Positions 20,613 to 31,210 of a DNA stretch of 64,000 nt are shown piece after piece; the stretch's first letter is position 1; every line of letters starts with the position of its first letter. A program made the position numbers and the translations under genes. The notes below the pieces were generated by a model. The model had not been told where the DNA came from. It saw only the letters and a program-made list of their open reading frames with translations, and ran no database searches. The DNA is from a virus. The DNA lies in the IMG/VR virus record IMGVR_UViG_3300028374_000012, positions 5,696 to 69,695 of that record; one strand, written 5' to 3'.

Positions 20613-20963
20613 TTAATTGTTGTAATATCTAAATTCCATTTTCTGATCCCATGAGCTTACATCAGTAAATGTTTTTTGTTTAAAAATCCCTAAAGCTTCC
20701 AACCACTTAATTTTGAATGTTAAAAAATCATCTATAGCTGTTAACAAATCTCCATCTTTTAAATAAACATCCGTCCAATTGGAGTTATATACCGATGGTA
20801 TAATTCTACTAATTTCAGTAGCATCCATTGTAATTGGTAATTCCTTTTGGGGAAGCTCATTAGCATTTTCCATAAATTCATAAAAATCCTCTTTGTCATC
20901 TATTTCTTCGAAATCATGTTCCAGTGATATAAAATCTATTAATTTCATTATTTTGGCTTCCAT
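20613..20963 (-). CDS. Hypothetical acidic protein
   Basis: 116 aa ORF in operon. Confidence 0.55.
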   Translation of the reverse strand: MEAKIMKLIDFISLEHDFEEIDDKEDFYEFMENANELPQKELPITMDATEISRIIPSVYNSNWTDVYLKDGDLLTAIDDFLTFKIKWLEALGIFKQKTFTDVSSWDQKMEFRYYNN

Positions 20964-21736
20964 AGAGATCTAGACTCTATGAGTTTTTTAATTTTTGGGT
21001 TACGTAAATAACCATAATTTGTAACTAAAACTGGTGCACCTCCCACCAAAGCGCCTACTCCTACTGAGGTCGCAATGTTAGATGCACTATTCTCGGTTTC
21101 TTTATCAGTTAAAACTCTGGTAGCTCCTACAGTCCCGCCGGCCGCTGCTAACATTCCTGTTAATCCCAGAACCTCTTTGTTTGAAAAAGCGGAGGGCACT
21201 AATGCGGCTTCTTTTTTAAATACATTTTTAGCTAGAACAGCTGGTATTGATACTGCTGCTCCTCGGGATCCCCAGGTAAGTGCTCGTTCTTTAAAACGTT
21301 CTTTTTTTAGACTATCCAGTTTATTGACTTGTTGTTTTTGTTTCTTACTGGTTGCTCTAAAAATTTTGTTTTTAGAATTTTTACCAATTGTTGATGTCAG
21401 AGATTTAATTTCAGTACTAAGCTCTTTTGCACGAGTTCCTTTTAAAAGCTGGAGAAGACGGCTTGCAGCATTTTTTTCTAAAAATTTTGCTCCACCATAA
21501 ACTACAGGAAGAGCCAAGCCTGTTCTGGCCAGACCTAGGTTCATTTTCTGTCGGCTATATTCAGTATCCAAATCTTTTAAATTATCAACTTGCCTTTTGT
21601 AACCTTCCGGATCTAAGTAGTTTTTACTAAAATAAGGAAAATCTCGGACCCTTCGTTGTTGAGCTACTCCTGCTCTTTCTAGTTGTCGTAGATTTTCTCC
21701 TCGTATATATTTTATGAAATTTTTTGCTGTGCTCAT
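20948..21736 (-). CDS. Putative three-module virion cargo polyprotein
   Basis: Three basic + hydrophobic-helix modules separated by LEKNA and FKKEA. Confidence 0.6.
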   Translation of the reverse strand: MSTAKNFIKYIRGENLRQLERAGVAQQRRVRDFPYFSKNYLDPEGYKRQVDNLKDLDTEYSRQKMNLGLARTGLALPVVYGGAKFLEKNAASRLLQLLKGTRAKELSTEIKSLTSTIGKNSKNKIFRATSKKQKQQVNKLDSLKKERFKERALTWGSRGAAVSIPAVLAKNVFKKEAALVPSAFSNKEVLGLTGMLAAAGGTVGATRVLTDKETENSASNIATSVGVGALVGGAPVLVTNYGYLRNPKIKKLIESRSLWKPK

Positions 21737-22056
21737 TATAATCTAATTTTTTCTCTGAAAGGTTGTAAATAACTTCCCAACAAGCTTTCGTCAATTCCCA
21801 TTTCTTTTAAAACTTTATTCCTGTTAATTGCTCTACTTGTTAAATAGTTAGCAAATCCAATTGCGCCGCTGGTCCCTAAACTTCCAGCAAGTACTGCCTT
21901 AGCTGGAGAAGCTGTTAGTTTGGATATTAAAGGAGCAGCAATAGACATCCCCACAGCTGTGGGTATTGCGGCACTTAAGATATCATCACGCCGGTGTCGT
22001 ATTTCAGCATTTGGGTTTTCTATGTAATAGTCTTTTATAATTTTTTGCTTGTCCAT
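21736..22056 (-). CDS. Small two-helix membrane protein
   Basis: Two Gly/Ala-rich hydrophobic segments; first gene after a promoter. Confidence 0.6.
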   Translation of the reverse strand: MDKQKIIKDYYIENPNAEIRHRRDDILSAAIPTAVGMSIAAPLISKLTASPAKAVLAGSLGTSGAIGFANYLTSRAINRNKVLKEMGIDESLLGSYLQPFREKIRL

Positions 22057-22062
22057 GTCTAA

Positions 22063-22091
22063 AGTATATTCAACTTTTTATTTTAAGTCAA
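22063..22091 (-). promoter_or_regulatory. Sigma70-like promoter
   Basis: TTGACT-17 bp-TATACT, 6 nt before ATG 22056. Confidence 0.8.
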
Positions 22092-22096
22092 ATTTT

Positions 22097-22112
22097 GGTA
22101 TAAGAATATTGT
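22097..22112 (+). promoter_or_regulatory. Phage plus-strand promoter motif, copy 1
   Basis: GGTATAAGAATATTGT; one of 8 intergenic copies, all on + at the start of + units. Confidence 0.75.
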
Positions 22113-22151
22113 AAATGTTTAATATTAACCGAAAAAGGAGATCTTTTACAG

Positions 22152-22511
22152 ATGGCAATCATACTAGAAAAAGATGTTAAGCACATAGTCCTGTCAGACC
22201 GGTCTAATAAAAAGGTGATAGGGTGGTTGGAAAATGCAACCAAACAATGCATTGGTCCATATCTATATAGTAAGGATAATGTTGAGATGACACTAATCGG
22301 AAATAAGGTAAAAATTTTATTAGGGGAAATACCTACTAATAAACATATAATAACGGGATTCCAAAAACTAATCCGAAGAGCGCATAGAAAAGGATTAAAA
22401 ACTTTCCCTTCTATAAAGTTCCAACTAGAGAGCGGTACTATTGTAACCTCTGGTCAGATTCTAACTCTTTCAGACTACGATAGCTTACTTTCTTGGAACC
22501 CAAGCGTTTAA
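22152..22511 (+). CDS. Hypothetical protein (isolated plus-strand gene)
   Basis: 119 aa after the promoter motif and AAGGAG; shares KHI..SDRSNK with 46992-47339. Confidence 0.6.
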   Translation: MAIILEKDVKHIVLSDRSNKKVIGWLENATKQCIGPYLYSKDNVEMTLIGNKVKILLGEIPTNKHIITGFQKLIRRAHRKGLKTFPSIKFQLESGTIVTSGQILTLSDYDSLLSWNPSV

Positions 22512-23382
22512 TATTCAAGCTTCCTTCTCGGATCTTTCTCTTTAAATAAGCCTTCTTTAATAGAACATCTTCTTCCTCATTAAACTTTTTATAAAAATGA
22601 GAAAAAGAACTATTAGCAGGTAGCTTATCTTTAACAAAGTAAATTCCTTTAACCTCATCTCGAGTAGGATAAAGAGATCTACGTTTTAAAGAAGAGGTAG
22701 GTTTATTAGATTTCCACCTTGACAACCATTCTGCGTGGCCTTTATTTATTTCAGATAAAGCCTGAGATTGCGGTTTAGGTGTATAATCTTCGGGAAGTCA
22801 TTTTTGAATATATTCTTTATTGGGGTCAAGACGTTTAGTGGCGGTAAGGGGATTGCTTTTCCTAAAGTAGGGCTCAGCAAAATTACTGCCACTCGCGGCA
22901 CTAGTTACATTGAATGTGGTTAGTACAGGATCATAATCCTTAAACTTACCACCAAGTCATTTAGCTATTACCTCGGGATCAATATTTAAATTCCTAGTCC
23001 CATATCGAGCTAAAAGCAGCCGGGCCCTATTATGGGGTTTACCGGTTTCCTCTAGTTCTCTAACGGCAGCATCGACCAAAGGAATTCCCGTTTCTCCTTT
23101 TTTTAGCTTAAGAAATTCTTTAGAGTTTTCGTCTTTGGCCCCGGGCAACTCTTTGTAGTCTTGTTGTTCGATAGCGCTTCTGGCAAACTCTCTAAATACT
23201 AGCTGTCTTTTAATTTGTGAAAGATAATCTTGCTCATCATCTGTTAGCTTTGAATTTTCCAGCTGAGTGTTCACAGCTTTAATAACATCTACAGGGTGTA
23301 TGTCTCCCTTGGCTAGCTGTTCAGATAAGCCTGTGGAATAATTAGTTAAAATATTCCTATTTATTTCTTTAGGCTGGATCAT
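22438..23382 (-). CDS. Divergent photolyase/cryptochrome FAD-binding-domain protein (314 aa; TGA=Trp)
   Basis: QLVFREF, GETGIPLVDAAVRELEETG..HNR.R, DYD and PYFR..NP.....LDP...YIQK(W)LPE; TGA at 22957 and 22798. Confidence 0.8.
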
Positions 23383-24238
23383 CTAATTTTTTTAAATTAA
23401 GTTTTGACTCAACCAAATCAAGATCAATGTCCTCTACTCGCTCCGGAAGTTCAAAATTTGAAGCTGCTTCAAAGATGTCTCTATATACAGAATAAGATAA
23501 CATTTTATAATTAACGTTGGCCCCGGTTAGTCTGGGAATTCCCCAATCCAGCGAGTATCTGTGGTGTCGCTCTATATAAGCGGTATAAGCAATGTCGACA
23601 AGTTGCTTCCACGCAACTTGCGCCTTTCTCTTTAAATAGGTTGAAATTTGAGAGCTGTAGTTTGGATTTGTGATTCGGCCACCCTCATAATTTTTATATT
23701 GTCGCTTTGCTTCTTTAAATCTTGAAACAATTTTATTAAATTCTTTTACTTTATTTCTAGCTACAACAAGCTCACCAAAATATTTTTGCTCTGGGGTTAC
23801 CGGCGGTTTAGAAATGTTTGGCTGGATTAACCATTCATCTGCTTTTAAATCATACACACCAAAGTCTCTTTCATACAAACCTCTTTTTGTATGTTTATTC
23901 CAAGGTACTACATAATACTGGTATGTTCTGCTACTTAGGGGTGAACGGAAATGTTTATGGGATATATCTCCCACAAGTTCACTTTTCATGCTACCGGTTC
24001 ACTCAGGTTTTGGGTTATCTAAATATACTGTAATATCAACATCGCTGGTATCATTATAACGTAAACCAGTTAATGAGCCTCCTAGTATAATCATAGGAAT
24101 ATCATCTAGCGGAATCTTCTTACTTATATTTTCCAGAAGCTCTAGCCGAATATCAGAGTGAAGTTTATTGTATTGATTAAATAAATCCGGGGCTAGCCTG
24201 TCTTTTGCTTTGTCTAATATGCCTGCTAATTTTTTCAT
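23369..24238 (-). CDS. Pol-beta-superfamily nucleotidyltransferase (289 aa; TGA=Trp)
   Basis: GGSLTG.RY...SDVDI motif; TGA at 23999 joins two in-frame ORFs; begins MKKLA. Confidence 0.7.
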
Positions 24239-24239
24239 T

Positions 24240-25382
24240 TTAATATTGAGAGTAAGGGTACTGGTTTATACTTCTATTTCTTTTATTTTTCGAATGATTA
24301 TAATACATTGCACCACCTCCAGCTAAAGTAGCGCCGCCGGCCAGCATATACATTTTATTTTTTGTGCTTAGTCCTTTTTCAACATTTTCACTAACTTCGG
24401 GTGTTTTGGGAATACGCTTACCTGCTGCAATATCCATATCTTTTTGTATGGTTTTTACCTTTTTAAAAGCATAAGGATTTTTTGTGTTTAACAGTGCTTG
24501 CTGTTGCTTTAACTGTTGCCCAACTACACTTTGTAATTTTTTAGAATTAGGTAAGTATTTTAGTGCTACTGATTGCCAAGAAGAATACTTTCGCATTTTA
24601 TCTGTTTGCTTTTTTAACTCTTTTACTACTTCTTTTAATTTTTGACCTTCATCTAAATTTTTAAAGTCTGATTTTTCGGCCTTCTTTGTTCTGTATTTTT
24701 TACCAGCATCATACTGAGCTCCAGCCGAAATAGCACTGATGCCCGCTGCAGTGGTACCACCAACAAGACCAGAAACAACCCCGACGCCTTCTTCAAAAGT
24801 TTCAGAAATTGATTTTTTATTTTTAGATTCAAAAGCCTTTACTAATTTTTCATTAGCAGCGTACTCGTCAGCTAAACCTTTCCAAGTTTTAGCTTTATCG
24901 GTATTAATTTTTAGATTTTTTAAACCAGTTGTAAGATCATCTATGGACCTTACATTTTTTAAATTCTTTAATCCTGACAACGACTCCTGGATACCATCCA
25001 TAGAAACTTTGGACTTTTCTAAGAATTTTTTTTGTTTTAAGGCGATAGGAGAAGCTTCGCCTACTCTTTTTAAGGCTTTATAATTATACCATGGAGAAAT
25101 TGCCCTCATGGATGATTTTCCAGCCCTGCCTAAAGATTCGCCTAATAAAGAAGTGGGATTTCTTCTTCTTGCTAGTGCAGCTCCTGCGCGTAGAGCTAGG
25201 CCCGTTGCAACAGTTCCTGTTAAATAACCACCAAGCGCTCCACCTGCTGAAGCAATTGCTTTATTCTTGGAATCTGCTTTAGTATTTTTATTTTTATGAG
25301 CCTGATCAATAGTTCATTTCCCGGTTGGCTCTACTCCGGCCAGAAATGTTTTGTATGCTGGTGTTTCTTTTTCTTTTGACAT
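24240..25382 (-). CDS. Basic virion-cargo-like protein with three Gly-rich helices (380 aa; TGA=Trp)
   Basis: ATG 25382, TGA at 25314, continuous with track ORF 24240-25109. Confidence 0.6.
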
Positions 25383-25390
25383 GATATATT

Positions 25391-25419
25391 ATTATATGAA
25401 ATTAAGAGGACTCTTTCAA
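25391..25419 (-). promoter_or_regulatory. Sigma70-like promoter
   Basis: TTGAAA-17 bp-TATAAT, 8 nt before ATG 25382. Confidence 0.7.
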
Positions 25420-26781
25420 GGCCTGCAGGAATTGATTATTTAATTTTTGTTTTTTGTCTGCGATCTGATATAAATATTCATCAGTAGATCTTTTTCGTTT
25501 GGCTCCTAAGAACTTTCTAAACTTGGACGGTTCCGGAGTAGTACTTATATATTTTTTAACGCGCACATTTCTTTCATTTTCTGGTAAGTGAGCATGAGAA
25601 TTAAGTCTGGCCGCCCTACCTATTGTTTGCTTTATGCGTGCTGTATTCCAATGAGGTTCAGTTATCTGTACAAATTTGGTGCCTTTTAAGTCCAGGCCCT
25701 CACTACCGGCCCCACTAAGAAGCAGGTGTCTTACCTTGCCCTGGTTATAATCTTTTATTATTTTTGTTCTATCCTTTTTGCTTGTTTCTCCTGAAAAAGT
25801 TCTATAAGGTATTTTTGAATTTTTTAATTGATTGTCTATAGAGGAAATACCAGAGCCCAGATAATTAGAATATGTTATACCCTTGTAATTAGGATCCTTT
25901 TTATAATTTCTTTTAATATCACTTACAATCTTTTTAACCTTAGGGCTAACATTATTTCCCCGAACATCATAAGATGATGGGGTATTAGAAATCTGCCGAG
26001 TCGCATTTAAAAATGCATTCATCTGGGGACTTTCGGCTTTACTTGCCGGAATGCCTTTTCTTATTTTATAAGCAAGAGAAGGAGACTTTTTTAAAGCTGT
26101 ATTATAAACTTCAAGTTGGCGCTTGCCCATTGGGACTTCTATAATTTCTTTTTTAATTTTAGGAAATGAGTCTGAGTTTGACTTCTGATAATCTACCTTT
26201 CCTTTTAAGTGTCGCTTTAATACATGAAGATTTTTTGCATGATATTCGGTTCCTGGTTTTACTCCTTTTATGTATTTGGCTCATAAACCTGGATTAACTT
26301 TTTTCTCTTGTATAAAGAACTCGTTAAACTTTTTACTATTCCTGGGAATATCGATATCCAGCCCTCTTAGCAGGGGGATAAGTTCTGAGGGGTGATTACG
26401 TATAGGAGTTCCTGTAAGTAGGATCTGTTTATCAGCTTTAAACTTATCCGGGTAACGACTTCGTTGGCTTGAAAGTCGACCAGTGCGATGAGCTTCATCA
26501 TATATTAAAAGAGGGTAACGTTTTCCTTTTCTAGCATTCGGTTTTGTATAAGATGAGTAATCAACTTTTGATTTAATCTTATGTTTTTTAGCCTCTTCTT
26601 CAAAGTTTCCTTTAAGTGATGCCGGGCCAATTACTTTAGCAGGGGCTTTAAACTTTTCTGCAATTGATAAAGCTGCAAGGGTCTTACCCGTCCCCAACCC
26701 CCAATATAAAAGTTGTTTATCATTCTTTTCTAGTTTTTTTAAAACCCGCTTTTGATGGGGTTGTAGCTCTGTTTTAGACAT
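25402..26781 (-). CDS. SNF2-like superfamily 2 helicase (459 aa; TGA=Trp)
   Basis: LQPHQ, GLGTGKT, DEAH, LTGTP, AGSEGLDL, EPHWN, QTIGRAAR; N and C halves joined through TGA at 26281. Confidence 0.88.
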
Positions 26782-26890
26782 TATAGTAACTTTTTATATT
26801 TTCTAATGATGAGAAACATTCTTGCATTCCTGCAAATTCATTATTGGGTATATATTTATGATCTTTACATCTATTTTGTAAGTCTTTTTC
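26774..26890 (-). pseudogene. Possible C-terminal remnant of a GIY-YIG (T5orf172/MUG113-like) homing endonuclease
   Basis: Start-less intergenic frame EKDLQNRCKDHKYIPNNEFAGMQECF resembles the E..L.......Y.P...F.G..ECF tail of that family. Confidence 0.35.
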
Positions 26891-28162
26891 TTATCCGGCA
26901 TTGTTTTCCTTTTCTTTTTTCTTAAAGTAATCTAAAGCTGCCTTTCTTTTTAAGTTTACTCGAATAACTGGAATTTGGTCTAGTATTCCAATAGAAGCTT
27001 TCCACCTATGGTGTCCGTCTATTATATAACCATCTTTAGATATCCAGATTGGTTTAAAATTTTCCGGGCTTTCTTGTAAATTCTTTTTAATGTTTTTTAC
27101 CTTATCAGAATTAAAGTAATCCTGTGAAGGCGTTAAGCTTTTTGGGCTTGTATTAAATCTTTCCTTTTTCAGATTTACCTCTTTAGGGTGAGGAAGCTGA
27201 GGCATACTTTTTCTTTTTCGGGTTAGTTTAGCTTTTTTAATTAAGCTGCTTCCTGCCCCTGCAGCGGCGGATGAGACTCCACTTAAGAGAGCTATAGGTA
27301 GGTGCTTTTTAGATTTTGCCATCATACTTAAGAAAGCTCCAGGGGCAAAACCAGCTGAGCCTCATATTAATCCATTTTTCAAGGCTACTTTGCTTTTTTG
27401 CTTCATTGCTCTTTTATGCATTCAATCCAAATCTCTTTCTTGGGCCCAGGTTTTAACTTCTGAAAATGCTTGAGGATCCTCTGAGGTTCTTTTAGCTAAT
27501 GAGTGCCAGTCAGATAAAATTTCTTTACGTACGTTTGGCGAAAGTTTTTCAAGAGATACTGGGTCATTTTTTCGTTTATATGCATGATGATCTCGACTAC
27601 CTACATGCCGATCTGCAGCTTCTCTGAAACGCTGGGCTATCTCCGGGGATACTGCTTCTCGGGACCCTAGAGCACGCACCCCTTCAGGGCCAAACCAATA
27701 GTCACGGTAAGGAGTTCAGTTGTTGGGCTTAAACTTGTCTCAGTCATGAGCAAGTAACTGAAGACGCGGAGCATCAAGCTGCCGGCCGCTTTGATAAACA
27801 TCTTTTTTATGTTTAACTAAATATTTTAGTTGCTCCCAATCTGCCTTCCTGTCTTCCAGAAAAGAAGCTTGTTTTATAACACCAGCATTTTTTAATTTTA
27901 TTCACTCGCCTAATCTATCCAGTTTTTCATTTCTGCTCCTAGCTCTATAAGCGCCTAACCCGGCTCCTACTGCTGCACCGGCTGTTCCTCAAGCTCCAAT
28001 AGATTTCAATAAGGGCTTGCCCTTGATTCCACTAAGACCTTCACCAATACCGGTAAGTGCTCCCACAGTAGTTCCAGAGACGGCTGCTTGCTCGGCCATA
28101 CTCTTGATAGTGTTTTTTCTTTTATATTTACGAATTACTTTATCTATTTCTTTATTAGTCAT
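26891..28162 (-). CDS. Polyprotein: Gly-zipper / DUF5662 HD-like domain / Gly-zipper / ParB-Srx domain (423 aa; TGA=Trp)
   Basis: Single frame with 6 TGAs. HK..V...LLAHD(W)DKF...H....HH...EILSDW; KPIWISKDGYIIDGHHRW; modules bounded by IKQA, HKRA, IKKA. Confidence 0.72.
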
Positions 28163-28170
28163 AGGTAGGT

Positions 28171-28737
28171 TTATCTAATAGACTCCCATTTTGCTGGTTG
28201 GAGATTATCCTTTATTAACCTTTCATATGTTTCAGAATTTTTATCTTTAAGCTGGGATAGAATTCCGCGAAGAAGATTAACGCGGTCTCGTTTAGGTTTT
28301 TTTATACTTTGCGGCCCTCTTGCTTTAGTTAAATGTCTTGCTCCTAGACCTCCTATCATAGCTCCTCCTGCTCCTCCGGCAATAAATCCTAAAGGTTTGT
28401 TCCTGAGTGTTATTCCCATTCCTACTGCTCCTGCTAATCCACCTAACATGGACCCACCAACGGCGCTATCATTTACTGCAGAAGAAAATTCTTCTGGTGT
28501 TTGAATATCTCCGGCCGCGTAACGCTTATAGGTATTTAAATAATCTTTTGCTTCTCCATCTATGATATTATTAACAATTTGCTCGATTCGCTTTTCTGCT
28601 TTTTCAGAATCATTGTATTTAATAGCACGTTTATATTGCTCATCATCTTGTAGCTGTTTAGAAATCTCATCAAGAGTTCTTAGATAGTTGGCTACTTTTG
28701 TTATGTATGCTTGCGTTGTTTTATTCATTACTTTCAT
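28171..28737 (-). CDS. Virion-cargo-like protein with Gly-zipper hairpin
   Basis: Leader MNKTTQAYITKVA (true start may be 28728); GGSMLGGLAGAVG / AGGAGGAMIGGLG. Confidence 0.6.
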   Translation of the reverse strand: MKVMNKTTQAYITKVANYLRTLDEISKQLQDDEQYKRAIKYNDSEKAEKRIEQIVNNIIDGEAKDYLNTYKRYAAGDIQTPEEFSSAVNDSAVGGSMLGGLAGAVGMGITLRNKPLGFIAGGAGGAMIGGLGARHLTKARGPQSIKKPKRDRVNLLRGILSQLKDKNSETYERLIKDNLQPAKWESIR

Positions 28738-28831
28738 TCTTTTTAATTGTTTTTGTGTTACTTTATTATAAGAGTTTCGTATCTTTCCTAGTTCAGGTAC
28801 AGCACCATGGCGGCCAATAATATACTCGTAA

Positions 28832-30697
28832 CTAACGTTTTAGAGTTACTTTCTTTTTATTAAGTTCTCGTAGTAAATTTCGAGTTGCCCCAAAGTTAAA
28901 GCTATTTTTTTCAAAATCCGCTTTTTTATTTAACATTGCTAATAATTCTTCTTTTGATTTACCTTCAACCTTGTCTTTATAAGGCCTAATTAATTGTTTT
29001 TTACCAATAGGTAACCCTAGTATCTTTTTCCTTTTTCTTTCTGAATAATATTTAAGAGTGTTAGAAAGAGTATCTTTATCCAAATTTTTTGTTTTCTTTT
29101 TAATTGCTACATAACCTTCCATTCCCTTTTCAGGGTCAAAGGACTTTAGTTTTTTTCGAACTTCGCCAATGATTCCTTTACTAACTTCTAACTTAGTATG
29201 ACCTCCTTTTGCTACTTCATAAAGGACAGGAGTCTTATCTTTATAAGGAGATAGATACATTAAAGCCGATTGCGGAGAACGTCTAGTTCAGCTGTGGTGT
29301 TGGGTTACATATTTTTTATCTTTTGATAAAGAACTGTCGCTTAAATCAAATGCTATTTTTTCAAATTTATCCATTCTTATTCTTTTAAATATTGGTGCTT
29401 GGTGCATTCCAGAGGTGTGCCGGCGCTGACTTTTAAACTCGGCCCACTCTCCTATATACTTTTCGGGGTTCTGATATGCGTCTCTTCTAAGTTGGTCGTC
29501 GAGTCCGGAACCTACTTTTAATTTAATATTACTATTTTCCGGCTTAACTATAAAACCGCCAATTCCATTATTATGATATTTGCTATCAGGGGCGGCTGGG
29601 AATACTCCTACAATTTCTGCGTCCCAATCGAGCCGTTTTTTGCTCTTACGCGGCGTCGGACTATCTAAGTCATACACCACTATGCCTTCGTCGGTTAGCG
29701 GGTGTCTCTGTTCAAATATGGCCTTCTGGAGCTCTTCTTTTTCCTCTTTTGTTCTTGCAAAAGGAGGAACCCCAATTGTATTTAATTTTCTTTTAATTTC
29801 ATCAAGCATTGGAAGCTTTTCGGAGAAAGGCAGATCTTCTACATTTTTTCCTTTCCATTTTACAACATCGAACGCAGCTACGCTAAGCGGCCTGCTTTCT
29901 TTGCTTTGGATTTCCCGGGATTTCCAAACATTAGAATTTAGTAGCCGGGCCGTTTGTTCACCGGGGTGGCCGGGAGTATAAAGCTCTCCTCTTAATATTG
30001 TTTTCTTAAATTCTTCTGGTATTACTTCTTTATAAGCTTCGGTTCGATACGTGTGATCTATCCTTTCGGGGCCTCTTCGTGATTTGCGATATGAGAATAT
30101 ATCAGGTGTTTTACCACCTCTTAATACTATAAGATTATGGGCCCCATCAAGTTTAGGAGCCCAAACCTCTTTATCCTGTCTGTGGGCCGGGTCTAGTTTT
30201 TCCAGCTTTACTGTTTTATAACTTTTTTTAGAGTCTGGAACATCCTGGAATACTTTAGTTTCTTCAGTTGGGGTGTAATTATAAAAAAGAAAGTTATCTG
30301 TCCCGGGCTTTCTAAGAAGAATATATCTTTGTGTGTCTCGGCCGGTATATCTATTAAATTCTACTTTGTTTGGAGTGGCTTTTAAAACTTCTACAGGTTC
30401 TTGGGTTAAAGACTTAACAGTTCCTTTACCATAGCCCTTTTCGATTGTTCCAGAAAAGCCCATGTAATCACGGGTATGAAGATCGACATTTATGGCCGTT
30501 GTCTTCTGGCCGGGCTCGGGTAGTTTCTTTGAAGCTCAAGAGTATGCTTTTTGGGAGCCTTTTGGGGATAAGCGGATATCTAGATGCCTTCCAGCTCGCT
30601 CAGCGAGGTGCTCTTGGATATTAAGATCCCATTGCGCATTCTGTGCGGTAGGGATTGTTCCTTTATATTTTCTTTTTGGGATTCCGGGTGCGTCCAT
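28832..30697 (-). CDS. LigD-type 3'-phosphoesterase + ATP-dependent DNA ligase + C-terminal module (621 aa; TGA=Trp)
   Basis: QEH.A.R...H.DIRL...S(W)A...H...Y..F.G.I..GYG.G.V (PE domain). Ligase motifs KLDG, LRGELY, FDVV, EGIVV, KVGSG, APIFKRIR. TGA at 30536 and 29288. Confidence 0.85.
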
Positions 30698-30702
30698 TGT
30701 TA

Positions 30703-30731
30703 ATTATATTAGATTATTTAATAATTTGCAA
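30703..30731 (-). promoter_or_regulatory. Sigma70-like promoter
   Basis: TTGCAA-17 bp-TATAAT, 5 nt before ATG 30697. Confidence 0.7.
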
Positions 30732-30736
30732 ATTTT

Positions 30737-30752
30737 GGTATAAGAATAATGA
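30737..30752 (+). promoter_or_regulatory. Phage plus-strand promoter motif, copy 2
   Basis: GGTATAAGAATAATGA followed by hairpin AAGAAGAT-ctaa-ATCTTCTT. Confidence 0.78.
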
Positions 30753-30816
30753 AGAAGATCTAAATCTTCTTTACTGAGCAATAATGCTCGATAAAAGTAA
30801 ACAAACGGTGAATAAA

Positions 30817-31197
30817 ATGGATTATTTAATAATTGTGTTAGCAATAGCTTGTGCAATAGGGATAATATACCTTGTAGATAGAAAGCATCAAAAAAGGATG
30901 CAAGAAGCGCACGATCAGGGTGTACGGTTAAGGATGGCGAAGGAAGCCTGCTGCGCAGTAGATTTTGGTTGCCTAATGCAAAACGTGGAGAGAGTAAAAC
31001 ATCTTTTGGAAAAAGATAACCTCAAGTATTCTGAATGGATGACAGCAAGGAGATACATTACTTCATGCAGGCAGGATATAAGATATCTAAGAGATGAAAA
31101 CTTTCAACTAGACATCTTAAGTGAGCTTGAGGTAGATTTGGACGCTTATGAAAAAGCGTCTGAAGGCATCAAGTTTACTGAAAAAGAGGGGAGTTAA
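30817..31197 (+). CDS. N-terminally anchored membrane protein
   Basis: MDYLIIVLAIACAIGIIYLV TM helix; the upstream ATG 30784 lies inside a conserved leader hairpin. Confidence 0.65.
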   Translation: MDYLIIVLAIACAIGIIYLVDRKHQKRMQEAHDQGVRLRMAKEACCAVDFGCLMQNVERVKHLLEKDNLKYSEWMTARRYITSCRQDIRYLRDENFQLDILSELEVDLDAYEKASEGIKFTEKEGS

Positions 31198-31210
31198 ACT
31201 CCTCTTTTTT
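31181..31210. terminator. Bidirectional intrinsic terminator
   Basis: AAAAAGAGGGGAGTT-a-AACTCCTCTTTTTT between convergent genes. Confidence 0.75.
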
